This document shows positions 11,245 to 19,749 of a stretch of 38,615 nucleotides of DNA, one piece after another. The first letter of the stretch is position 1. The number at the start of each line of letters is the position of its first letter. The notes beneath the pieces are model-generated. The model was not told the DNA's origin and made no database searches. It saw only the letters and a list, made by a program, of their open reading frames with translations. The stretch comes from Odoribacteraceae bacterium. Lineage in GTDB: Bacteria; Bacteroidota; Bacteroidia; Bacteroidales; Marinifilaceae. The stretch lies in assembly GCA_031257615.1 (NCBI GenBank), contig JAIROI010000097.1, forward strand, positions 2,808 through 41,422, given 5' to 3'. The translations under genes and the position numbers were made by a program.

Positions 11245-11432
11245 GCGCTGTATAATTTAAAAGTTTACTAACTGTCCATCTCTTGACAGCCGGGTGCGAA
11301 AGTACGTATTAATTTCTCCGCGTGCAAAATCATCGCCCGAAATACCTTTTCCCCCGGAGCGCGGTTTCGTAGCGGTCGCCTTACCATGCAACCGCGGATT
11401 TTTGTCTTACTTCGCGGGAAAATCGAGAAGAA

Positions 11433-11876
11433 ATGAGTCAGGAGATTGAACGCAAGTTTTTGGTGCGCGGGGAGTTCAAGTCGCGCGCCTTTCATGCAGC
11501 GCGGGTCGCGCAGGGGTACTTGTCGTCGGCGCCGGCGCGCACGGTGCGGGTGCGGGTGATGGACGATCGGGGATTTATCACCGTCAAGGGCGAGGGGGCG
11601 ATCAGTCGCTTCGAGTGGGAAAAGGAGATCCCGGTCGGGGAGGCGCGGGAATTGCTGGCGCTCTGCGAGCCGGGGATCATCGAGAAGACGCGCTACCGGG
11701 TGCAGGTAGGCAGGCACGTCTTCGAGGTGGACGAGTTCCGCGGCGCGCGGGAGGGGTTGATCGTCGCCGAGGTGGAACTCGCCGCCGAGGACGAGCCGTT
11801 CGAGCGGCCGGAGTGGCTGGGCGAGGAGGTGACGGGGAATCCTGCTTACTACAACGCGGCGCTCAGGGGCGAGTAG
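11433..11876 (+). CDS. CYTH-domain protein (triphosphate tunnel metalloenzyme)
   Basis: 147 aa starting MSQEIERKFLV (the ExExK signature). It has further acidic/basic tunnel strands (RVRV, EVDEF, VAEVEL). Confidence 0.85.
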   Translation: MSQEIERKFLVRGEFKSRAFHAARVAQGYLSSAPARTVRVRVMDDRGFITVKGEGAISRFEWEKEIPVGEARELLALCEPGIIEKTRYRVQVGRHVFEVDEFRGAREGLIVAEVELAAEDEPFERPEWLGEEVTGNPAYYNAALRGE

Positions 11877-12558
11877 CGAGGGAGTCCAGGCGGGCGCGGG
11901 CTTCCGGGACGCGCGGGTCGTCGGGGGCGCGTTTGGCCGCGCGGTCGAGGTAGTCGCGGGACTTCTTGAAGGCGGCGGCGGCGCGGCGGCGGGCGGTGGC
12001 GCTGGCGGGCGCGTCCTTCAGGATGGCGTTGCCGCGGACGATGTAAAGCGTGCCCAGCGCGACGAGTCCGTCGACTTTCCAGCGCGCGCGTTCCATCCGG
12101 GTGAGGAGGGTGTAGGCCTCGGCGGCCGCCTCGACGTTGTTCTCCGCGAGGCGGGCGCGGCCCTCGGCCAGGAGGTGGGCGGCGTACATGGCCTCGACCT
12201 TTTCCCGCTGGAGGGAGTCCTCGCGCGCGCCTGCTTTCATGCCCTCGCACAGGGTGGCGAGCATGTCTTCCGTTTTACCCAGTTCTCGCTGCGCGTTGGC
12301 CTTGCCGACGTAGGACGAGAAGAGGTTATGGCCGCGGGCGATCGAGCGGGAGAAGTAATACTCGGCCTCGCGGTAGTCGCCTTCGATGGTCGCGCGGACG
12401 GCGATGTTGAAGAGGGCGAGGGGGGCGTGGCGGCCCGCGGTATCGGCGAGCGCGGCCTCGTTATACTTGCGCGTCCAGGGGGCGGATCCCTTTTCTTCCT
12501 GTGCCGCGGCGAGGTTCGCGCAGAGGATGCAGGCGATGAACAAGAGTTGTGTTTTCAC
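11863..12558 (-). CDS. Secreted TPR-like helical repeat protein
   Basis: I trimmed the 395-aa track ORF to the GTG at 12558-12556 (VKTQLLFIACILCANLAAAQEE is a signal peptide). The upstream extension is R/P-rich and overlaps the GAF gene in another frame. The start overlaps the GAF stop as GTGA. The body is rich in A/L/Y/R helical pairs. Confidence 0.6.
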   Translation of the reverse strand: MKTQLLFIACILCANLAAAQEEKGSAPWTRKYNEAALADTAGRHAPLALFNIAVRATIEGDYREAEYYFSRSIARGHNLFSSYVGKANAQRELGKTEDMLATLCEGMKAGAREDSLQREKVEAMYAAHLLAEGRARLAENNVEAAAEAYTLLTRMERARWKVDGLVALGTLYIVRGNAILKDAPASATARRRAAAAFKKSRDYLDRAAKRAPDDPRVPEARARLDSLATRP

Positions 12559-13001
12559 GCGTGTAACAGTGATAGTATTTCCTTTAATCCTTTCTCGTCG
12601 TCCTTGTCGAAGGCGTCGAGCCGGTCGCTGTCGATGTCGAGGCATCCGAAGACGCGCCCTTCCCGGTCTCTCAGCGGGATGACGATCTCGCTCCGGGAGG
12701 CGGGGTTGCAGGCGATGTGGCCGGGAAATTCGGCGACGTTGCCGACGATGACCGCGTCGCCGCCGCGGATGGCGCTCCAGCATACCCCGCCGTCGCGCAG
12801 GCGCTGGCAAGCCACCGGCCCCTGGTAGGAGCGGACGATCAGGGAGTCGCCGGAGAGGACGTACACGCCCGTCCAGAAGAAGCGCATCTTGTGGTGGAGT
12901 ACCGCCTCGATCGTGGCCAGGCGCGCCCAGACGTCGTCGGTGGTCTGGATATACGCGCGGATTTGCTCGCGGAGGCGGGCGTATTTGGCGAGTTTGCTCA
13001 T
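12555..13001 (-). CDS. GAF-domain protein, free methionine-(R)-sulfoxide reductase-like
   Basis: 148 aa. FWTGVYVL...YQGPVACQRL..GGVCWSA...FPGHIACNPASRSEIVIPL...GCLDIDS matches the YebR/MsrC-type single-GAF family. Confidence 0.8.
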   Translation of the reverse strand: MSKLAKYARLREQIRAYIQTTDDVWARLATIEAVLHHKMRFFWTGVYVLSGDSLIVRSYQGPVACQRLRDGGVCWSAIRGGDAVIVGNVAEFPGHIACNPASRSEIVIPLRDREGRVFGCLDIDSDRLDAFDKDDEKGLKEILSLLHA

Positions 13002-13010
13002 GACTCCTTA

Positions 13011-14462
13011 TTATATGGTTTCGAGAATATCGACCAGGTGGCGCCACCACCGTTCGACCGATGGCGCGTGCACCCGCTCGCGCGGCGAGTGAGCGTCCCG
13101 CAGTGTCGGCCCGAAGGAGATCATGTCCATGCCGGGGAATTTCTCAAGGAACAGCCCGCATTCCAGCCCGGCATGGATCGAGCGCACCACCGGCGGTTTG
13201 CCGAAGAGTCGCTCGTGCGACCGCGCCACCACTTGCAGCAGCGCCGACCCCGGGTTGGGCGCCCAGCCGGGGTAGCCGTCGCTCTGCTCGACCCGCGCGC
13301 CGGCCAGCCGGAAGACCGACGACACGGCGCCGGCGACGTTCATCTTCTCGCTCTCGACGTCGCTCCGCTGCGAGGTGGCGACGACGATTTCCTCGTCCTC
13401 GAACCGCACCGAGGCCAGGTTCGCGGAGGTCTCGACCAGTCCCGGCACCCGGAGACTCATCGCGAAGACCCCGTGGGGGCAGCCGTGGAGGAGCCGCAAC
13501 AGGGTCGTTGTCGAGGCCTCGTCGAGCGCCCTCGCCGGCGTCTCCACCGTGTCCAGCATCAGGCGAATTCCCGGCTCCGCGAGCAGGTTTTCCCGCGTTG
13601 TCGCGGCGTAGACGTTGAAGGTGGACGCCACGCGTTCCTTCCATCGCTCGTCGTAGACGAACACCGCGCGCGCTTCCCTCGGGATCGCGTTGCGCTTGTC
13701 GCCCCCTTCGAGGCGCGCCACCCGTACGCCCTCCGCCTCGTTCAGCATCCACAGGAAGCGGTTCAGGATTTTGATCGCGTTCCCTCGTCCCTTGTTGATG
13801 TCGTCGCCGGAATGCCCGCCCAGCAAGCCGCTTACCTCTACCCGCGCGGCCAGGAAGCCCGGCGACACGGGCGCGCTCTTGCCCTGCAGTCGGGCCGTCG
13901 TGTCGATGCCCCCGGCGCACCCGATAAACACCTCTCCCTCGTCCTCCGAGTCCAGGTTCAGCAGCATCCGCCCCTGCACGAAGTCCTCTTGCAGCCCGAA
14001 GGCCCCTGTCATCCCCCGTTCCTCGTCCACCGTGAACAGGCATTCCAGCGGGCCGTGGCGGAGCGACTTGTCGGTCAGCGCCAACATGCAGGCGGCCATG
14101 CCGATGCCGTCGTCGGCGCCCAGCGTCGTCCCTCCCGCTGCCTTCACCCACTCGCCGTCGATGACCGGCATGATCGGGTCGCGGTCGAAGTCGTGGGCGC
14201 CCGTCCCGTCCTGCTCGCACACCATGTCCGCGTGGGCCTGCAACACCACCGCCGGCGCTCCCTCCCGGCCTTTTGTCGCCGGCTTGCGGATCACCACGTT
14301 CCCCGCGGCGTCCGCGCGGTATTCCAGCCCGCGCCGCCGGGCAAAATCCACCAGGAAAGCCATTATTTTCTCCTCGCGGCCAGAAGGCCTCGGCACGCGG
14401 CAGATCTCCTCGAAGTATCCCCAGAGCGCTCCCGGCGCCAGGTCTGTTAATTTTTTTTCCAT
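13011..14462 (-). CDS. pepD: Aminoacyl-histidine dipeptidase (M20 family)
   Basis: MEKKLTDLAPGALWGYFEEICRVPRPSGRE...LQAHADMVCE...GADDGIG...DEERGMTGA follows PepD. I chose the start at MEKK (14462) rather than the upstream ATG at 14489, which would overlap the MarR gene. Confidence 0.9.
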   Translation of the reverse strand: MEKKLTDLAPGALWGYFEEICRVPRPSGREEKIMAFLVDFARRRGLEYRADAAGNVVIRKPATKGREGAPAVVLQAHADMVCEQDGTGAHDFDRDPIMPVIDGEWVKAAGGTTLGADDGIGMAACMLALTDKSLRHGPLECLFTVDEERGMTGAFGLQEDFVQGRMLLNLDSEDEGEVFIGCAGGIDTTARLQGKSAPVSPGFLAARVEVSGLLGGHSGDDINKGRGNAIKILNRFLWMLNEAEGVRVARLEGGDKRNAIPREARAVFVYDERWKERVASTFNVYAATTRENLLAEPGIRLMLDTVETPARALDEASTTTLLRLLHGCPHGVFAMSLRVPGLVETSANLASVRFEDEEIVVATSQRSDVESEKMNVAGAVSSVFRLAGARVEQSDGYPGWAPNPGSALLQVVARSHERLFGKPPVVRSIHAGLECGLFLEKFPGMDMISFGPTLRDAHSPRERVHAPSVERWWRHLVDILETI

Positions 14463-14469
14463 CTTATCG

Positions 14470-14913
14470 TTATTTTTGGTTATGATCATCAGCGTCCAGC
14501 GCCTCTTTCAATTTTCTCAGCATCCACGCGCCCCCTTTCATCTCCGCCGACGAGAGGGTGAACGAGAGGTCGAGGAGCATCGTCTCCTCTATGGCGCTCA
14601 GCGGCACGCGCGCCTCGATTCCTTTTCCTGTCAACACCACCCGGTTGTATCGCTTGTCTTCTCCCGCCTCCCTTCTCGCGAAACCTCTTTTCTGAAGCTC
14701 GTTCAGCAGTTTCGTCACGTTATACTTGCCCTTTTCCAGCTTGTCGGCGATCGACTGCTGGTTCACGTTATCCGCTTCCCACAGCACGCGCAGCAACTCG
14801 TACTGTTCCCGCCGCACCTGAAACCCGGCCCGCGCGAACCGCCGGTTTAACACCCGCGTGTATTCCCGGTCGACCTTGCCCGCCAACGCGAGGAGATTCA
14901 TTAATTCGTTCAT
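14470..14913 (-). CDS. MarR-family transcriptional regulator
   Basis: A winged-helix core (QYELLRVLWEADNVNQQSIADKLEKGKYNVTKLLNELQKRGFARRE...DKRYNRVVLTGKG). The start is taken at MNELMNLL (14913). The track ORF extends to 14949. Confidence 0.85.
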   Translation of the reverse strand: MNELMNLLALAGKVDREYTRVLNRRFARAGFQVRREQYELLRVLWEADNVNQQSIADKLEKGKYNVTKLLNELQKRGFARREAGEDKRYNRVVLTGKGIEARVPLSAIEETMLLDLSFTLSSAEMKGGAWMLRKLKEALDADDHNQK

Positions 14914-15425
14914 CGTCGTCAGTTTTAATACTCCTCGCGAAGCTAACATTTTTTTTCACCATTCCCCCGACGCGCTTTTTTTTTTCGCGACCCGGGAGCG
15001 ACCCGACGACTCGACGATTCTTCGACCTCCCGCGTTCTCTCGCGAGAAATCGCGCGGCGCGGCGACTGTCGAGCGCCTGTCGCGACGCCGCGACAAGTCG
15101 CCCGCGAACGATTAGTTGTTGTCGTCGACCGGCGACAGCCGTCCCGGACGCGTTGAAAGGTGTAAGAAAAGCGTCAAGAGGAAAAAAATTTGCACGAAAG
15201 TATTGTCGACGCTTGATTTATTCCCGATTTTTTTTGAAACTTTGTCGTCGTAAACAATATTCATCCCTTAAAAGAAAAAAGATGACAATACGCGCAACAG
15301 CAGCTTGCCGCCAAGACAAAAATTACCCGCAACGAGGTCCGAGATACCCCTCCCGACCCCCCTTTGCTGCTCGTCGCGACGGCGCGAACCCCCTCCCGAC
15401 CCCCTCGATATTTTGCCGCGGCGCA

Positions 15426-15719
15426 GCACCAGCCATTCCACTGCAGTGGAATGGTTGTCGCGGCCCAGCACCAGCCATTCCACTGCAGTGGATTGGTTGT
15501 CGCGGCCCAGCCCCAGCCATACCACTGCAGTGGATTGGTTGTCGCGGTCCCGCACCAGCCCTTCCACTGCAGTGGATTGGTTGGCGCGGTCCAGCACCAG
15601 CCATTCCACTGCAGGGGATTGGTTGTCGCGGCGCGGCACCAGCCATTCCACTGCAGTGGAATGGTTGTCGCGGCCCAGCGCCAACCGTTCGACAACTGTC
15701 GGACGGTTGTCGCGGCGCC
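15426..15719. repeat. Tandem array of seven 42-bp units, each containing a 22-bp palindrome
   Basis: Unit consensus: GCACCAGCCATTCCACTGCAGTGGAATGGTTGTCGCGGCCCA. Unit boundaries are 15426, 15468, 15510, 15552, 15594, 15636 and 15678. Units 1 and 6 are identical. Unit 7 is degenerate, with a different hairpin core. No spacers separate the units. Confidence 0.95.
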
Positions 15720-15803
15720 GCGACAAAATTCCCTACCCCGTCGGAGAGGATAACGCGACCTACGTTTAACAATAAACTTTAATCATTTCAAAAACTCGCG
15801 ACC

Positions 15804-16592
15804 ATGAAACACCTCAAAAACATGCCGGTTTATCAAATGCGCAACGAAACTATCGTGCGAGCCGCGCAGGACGTTTACGACCTTATCAAGAAACTCGACG
15901 CCGACGCCCTCGATCTAATGACGCTCTTTACCGCGCTCGGCCAACTGCTTGCCAAGGTAAGCGGTAGCCTCGATCAACCCGACAAAAGCGCCATCACCGC
16001 GAACCTCAAGCGGCAGGATCGCGCCCGAGACAACGCCGTCCGGAGCCTCCTGATGACGATAAGGGGACTCCTTACTCATCCGGACCCGGTGAAGCGCGAC
16101 GCCGCCGAGCGGTTGATGGTGCTCGTCGGAGGGTACGGCAACTTCACCCGCAAGAGCTACGCCGACGAGAGCGCCGCGATCAGCGATCTCGCGACGGAAC
16201 TCTCCGGATCGATTTACGCGCCGCTCGTCATCCTGCTGGGCATTGGCGATTGGGTGACCGTGCTCAAGGAGGCCAACGAGACGTTTATCGAACTGTTGCA
16301 CAAGCGCGACGCAGAGCGAGCAGCGCGCGCGCACCCGATGTTGATCGCCCGCGTTCCCCTCCAGGAGAACATCCTGGGGATTGCCGAACGCGTGGAGGCG
16401 GTGATCGTCCTCTACGGGATGGATTTTGTCCCGGGACTCGAACCTTTCGTGCAGGAGTACAACGTGATCGTCCGCCGGTACAAACACGTCCTCGCGCTGG
16501 AACGGGGACATCGCAAGGGACGTCGCGCTCCCGACGACGACGCGGGGGGCGTCGACGACCCCGAATACTATGCCCCGGAAATCAGCGAGTAA
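15804..16592 (+). CDS. Hypothetical all-helical protein
   Basis: 262 aa with ordinary composition, an ATG start and a C-ending codon regime like its block. I recognised no catalytic or binding motif. It lies ~85 nt downstream of the 42-bp array. Confidence 0.65.
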   Translation: MKHLKNMPVYQMRNETIVRAAQDVYDLIKKLDADALDLMTLFTALGQLLAKVSGSLDQPDKSAITANLKRQDRARDNAVRSLLMTIRGLLTHPDPVKRDAAERLMVLVGGYGNFTRKSYADESAAISDLATELSGSIYAPLVILLGIGDWVTVLKEANETFIELLHKRDAERAARAHPMLIARVPLQENILGIAERVEAVIVLYGMDFVPGLEPFVQEYNVIVRRYKHVLALERGHRKGRRAPDDDAGGVDDPEYYAPEISE

Positions 16593-16844
16593 TCGCCGGT
16601 CCGCGTGCAAAGGTCGGGCCGTCGCGGGGACAATCCGACGCGGGGACGCGTCGCGTCGCGGTTCGTCGTATCCTAAATGCTGATTTTTCGCTACCCCCCC
16701 TCCCATTTTTGTGGTATATCGCCCCAAAATGATATACAACATAAAAATCACCCCCTCTAAAATTTGCTTCGACCGGTGAAAACCGCATACATTCGCGGCG
16801 TCACCCCCCTTAACGGGTGACGTCAACTGAAAACCGAATACTGT

Positions 16845-17198
16845 ATGAAAAAGATCGAAGCTATCATTCGTAAATCAAAATTCATGGAAGTCCGGGCCGC
16901 CCTGCACGAGGCCGACATCGACTTCCTGTCGTGGTGGGACGTCAAGGGGCAGGGCAATGCCCGCCAGGGACTTATCTTCCGGGGCATCGCTTACGACGTC
17001 AACGCGATCGATCGCGTGTACATCTCCTTCGTCGCCCGCGACGTCAACGTCGAGCGGTCGATCGAAGCCATCCGTCGCGCCGCCTACACGGGGGAGAGCG
17101 GCGACGGGCGCGTCTTTGTATCCTCCATCGAGCAGTCGGTGCGGATACGCACGGGCGACCGCGGGGAAGAGTCACTGTATAACAAGGAGGAACCATGA
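16845..17198 (+). CDS. glnK: Nitrogen regulatory protein P-II
   Basis: 117 aa that aligns by eye to GlnB/GlnK (MKKIEAII...T-loop ...FRGIAYDV...AAYTGESGDGRVFV...IRIRTG). Its stop overlaps the amtB start (ATGA). Confidence 0.9.
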   Translation: MKKIEAIIRKSKFMEVRAALHEADIDFLSWWDVKGQGNARQGLIFRGIAYDVNAIDRVYISFVARDVNVERSIEAIRRAAYTGESGDGRVFVSSIEQSVRIRTGDRGEESLYNKEEP

Positions 17199-18511
17199 AA
17201 AAGTACGCGACAATGCTGGTAGGCGTCATGCTCCCCCTGACGGCCCTCGCCGGGGAAAGCGGGGCGGACTCGGGGAACACGGCGTGGATGATCGCGGCGA
17301 CGGTGCTCGTGATGCTGATGACGGCGCCGGGGCTGGCTTTTTTCTATGGCGGGCTGGTGCGCCGTAAAAACGCGCTGAGCATCATGATGCAATGCCTGGT
17401 GATCACGGCGGTGATCAGCATCGAGTGGATCGCGGTCGGCTACAGTTGGGTGTTTGGCAGCGGTTTCATGGACGGCGGGCTGCTGGGGGAGTTCATCGGC
17501 GGCTTTGAGAAGGTGTTCCTGCGGGGCGTCTCGCTGGAAACGCTGTCGGGGGGCGGTATTCCCGAAACGCTTTTCGCGCTCTTCCAGTGCATGTTCGCGG
17601 TGATCACGCCGGCGCTGATCATCGGCGCGTTTGCCGAGCGGATCAACTTCCCGGGGTTTCTGGTGTTCGCGATCGCGTGGGCCTTGCTGGTTTATAACCC
17701 GATGGCCCACTGGGTGTGGGGCAACGGTTGGATGCAGCGTTTGGGGGTTATCGACTTTGCCGGCGGGACGGTGGTGCACGTCAATGCCGGTGTGTCTGCG
17801 CTTGTAATGGCGGTGTTGCTGGGCCGGAGGGAGTCCCTGCGGGGCGGACAGCCGGTGGCGCCGCACAGTATCCCCTTCGTGGTGCTGGGCGCGACGCTGC
17901 TGTGGATAGGCTGGTTTGGCTTCAACGCCGGCAGCGGTCTGGCAGCGGACGGCCTGGCGGCCAACGCGTTTTTAGTGACGCACCTGGCTACCTCCGCGGC
18001 CGTGGTGACGTGGATGGCGCTCGATTGGCTGGTGAGCAAGAAACCCACGGTGGTGGGCGTTTGCACGGGGGCCGTGGCCGGGCTCGTGGCGATCACTCCG
18101 GGCGCCGGCAGCGTTGACGCCCTTGGCGCGCTCTTTATCGGGGTGGCGTCGGCGGGGGTGTGCTACCTTTTCGTGACGATCCTGAAGCCGCGGCTGGGGT
18201 ACGACGACGCGCTGGACGCCTTTGGAGTTCATGGCGTTGGCGGCTTCGTCGGGGCGCTCCTCGCGGGGGTCTTCGCCACGCGCCTCGTGACGGGCGACGG
18301 CGGTCCGGAGGGCGCGCTGTACGGCGACTGGAACCAGCTGTGGATACAGGCGGCGGTGAACGCGGTTGCCGCTTGCTTCTGCGCGCTCGCGACATACGTT
18401 TTATTTAAAGTTGTGGATAAGGTTATAGGGTTGAGAATCACCAGAGACAAAGAGGCTATCGGCCTCGACGTCTCGCAACATGGTGAGATCGCGTACGGTG
18501 AGAACGAGTAG
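17195..18511 (+). CDS. amtB: Ammonium transporter
   Basis: 438 aa and polytopic, with Amt signatures (AWMIAATVLVMLMTAPGLAFFYGGLVR, DFAGGTVVH, WFGFNAGS, GVHGVGG). Confidence 0.95.
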   Translation: MKKYATMLVGVMLPLTALAGESGADSGNTAWMIAATVLVMLMTAPGLAFFYGGLVRRKNALSIMMQCLVITAVISIEWIAVGYSWVFGSGFMDGGLLGEFIGGFEKVFLRGVSLETLSGGGIPETLFALFQCMFAVITPALIIGAFAERINFPGFLVFAIAWALLVYNPMAHWVWGNGWMQRLGVIDFAGGTVVHVNAGVSALVMAVLLGRRESLRGGQPVAPHSIPFVVLGATLLWIGWFGFNAGSGLAADGLAANAFLVTHLATSAAVVTWMALDWLVSKKPTVVGVCTGAVAGLVAITPGAGSVDALGALFIGVASAGVCYLFVTILKPRLGYDDALDAFGVHGVGGFVGALLAGVFATRLVTGDGGPEGALYGDWNQLWIQAAVNAVAACFCALATYVLFKVVDKVIGLRITRDKEAIGLDVSQHGEIAYGENE

Positions 18512-18534
18512 TAACCGTGCGTTGATTGGAAGAA

Positions 18535-18559
18535 GGCGTCGCGATGACGCCTTTTTTTT
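18535..18559 (+). terminator. Rho-independent terminator of glnK-amtB
   Basis: GGCGTC-GCGAT-GACGCC followed by T8, 24 nt after the amtB stop. Confidence 0.8.
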
Positions 18560-18594
18560 ATGCTACCTTCGCGGTGAACAAAAACAAGCAAGCA

Positions 18595-19746
18595 ATGGTA
18601 AAAATACTGGTGATCGACGACGAGAAAAGCATACGCGCCTCCATGAAAGAGATACTGGAGTTCGAAGGATACGAGGCGATCGTGGCCGCGAACGGGATCG
18701 AGGGGGTGGAGGCCGTTAAGAACTGCCGCCCCGACGTGATTTTCTGCGACATCAAGATGCCCGGCATGGAGGGCATCGAGGCGCTCGAGCAGATCAAGGC
18801 GCTGGAACCGACCACACCGGTCATCATGATCTCCGGGCACGGGACGATCGACGCCGCTATCGAGTCGATCCGCAAGGGAGCCTACGACTTCATCGAAAAA
18901 CCCCTCGATCTCAACCGCCTGCTGATCACAATCCGCAACGCCACCGATAAGCAACAACTGATCGAGGAGGCGCGGGCGCTCCGAAGCAAGGTGTGCAAGC
19001 GATACGAGATGATCGGCAACTCGGCAGCCATGCAGCGCGTCCGCGAACTCATCGAGAAGGTGGCGGCGACGGATGCCCGCGTGCTCGTGACCGGCCCCAG
19101 CGGCTCCGGAAAGGAACTGGTCGCGAGACGACTCCACGAACTGAGCCTCCGCAAGGAACGCGCCTTCGTCGAGGTCAACTGCGCCGCCATCCCCTCCGAA
19201 CTGATCGAGAGCGAACTGTTCGGCCACGAGAAAGGCTCCTTCACCTCCGCCATCCGACAGAAAAAGGGCAAGTTCGAACTGGCGCACGGCGGCACCCTCT
19301 TCCTCGACGAGATCGGCGACATGAGCGCGGGAGCACAGGCCAAGGTGCTGCGAGCCTTGCAAGAACAGAAGATCACGCGCGTCGGGGGCGACACGGATAT
19401 TCGCGTCGACGCGCGGGTCATCGCCGCCACTAACAAAAACCTCAAGGAGGAGATCGCCCTGGGCCGCTTCCGCGAAGACCTCTACCACCGCCTCAGCGTC
19501 ATCATCATCGACGTCCCCCCCTTGCGCGATCGCCTCGACGACGTCGAACCCCTCGCCCTGCACTTCCTCGCCACCATCTGCGCCGACATGGGCATCGCCG
19601 CGAGGGGCGTCACCCCGGAAGCCATCCGCGAGTTGCAAGCCGGGGAGTGGACGGGAAACGTCCGGGAGTTGCGCAACGTCATCGAGCGACTCATTATCCT
19701 CGGCAATAACCCCATCACCGGCGACGACGCCCGCCTGTACCGTTAA
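18595..19746 (+). CDS. Sigma-54-dependent response regulator (receiver + AAA+), lacking a C-terminal HTH domain
   Basis: I placed the start at MVKILVIDDE (ATG 18595). It has a receiver domain (DVIFCDIKMPGMEG) and an AAA+ domain with Walker A GPSGSGKE. The sigma-54 contact loop reads ELFGHEKGSFTSA, Walker B is LFLDEIGDM, and sensor II is GNVRELRNVIERL. The protein ends 17 aa after sensor II, so there is no room for a Fis-type HTH. Confidence 0.9.
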   Translation: MVKILVIDDEKSIRASMKEILEFEGYEAIVAANGIEGVEAVKNCRPDVIFCDIKMPGMEGIEALEQIKALEPTTPVIMISGHGTIDAAIESIRKGAYDFIEKPLDLNRLLITIRNATDKQQLIEEARALRSKVCKRYEMIGNSAAMQRVRELIEKVAATDARVLVTGPSGSGKELVARRLHELSLRKERAFVEVNCAAIPSELIESELFGHEKGSFTSAIRQKKGKFELAHGGTLFLDEIGDMSAGAQAKVLRALQEQKITRVGGDTDIRVDARVIAATNKNLKEEIALGRFREDLYHRLSVIIIDVPPLRDRLDDVEPLALHFLATICADMGIAARGVTPEAIRELQAGEWTGNVRELRNVIERLIILGNNPITGDDARLYR

Positions 19747-19749
19747 GTC

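Noticed and set aside
12559-13050. N-terminal extension of the 395-aa ORF 11863-13050.
   Set aside because: The extension is R/P-rich and overlaps the well-supported GAF gene in another frame. A signal peptide begins at the internal GTG (12558), which overlaps the GAF stop as GTGA.
15426-15719. CRISPR interpretation of the 42-bp array, and likewise of the 21-bp arrays (26440-27058) and the 73-bp-periodic mosaic (27067-27795).
   Set aside because: No unique spacers exist. Units abut directly, or the intervening sequence is itself repeated. No cas genes lie in the window.
15153-15782. Six overlapping ORFs (both strands, all frames) across the 42-bp array, for example ...PAIPLQWNGCRGPAPAIPLQWIGCRG...
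   Set aside because: They are open only because the repeat unit lacks stop codons in every frame. There is no frame preference and no plausible start or RBS context. I treated the region as non-coding repeat.
16600-16844. An expected sigma-54 promoter upstream of glnK-amtB, given the adjacent activator.
   Set aside because: No GG-N10-GC element with TGGCAC/TTGC character is present. TGGTATATCGCC and the TTTGC at ~16763 fail on spacing or on the -24 element.
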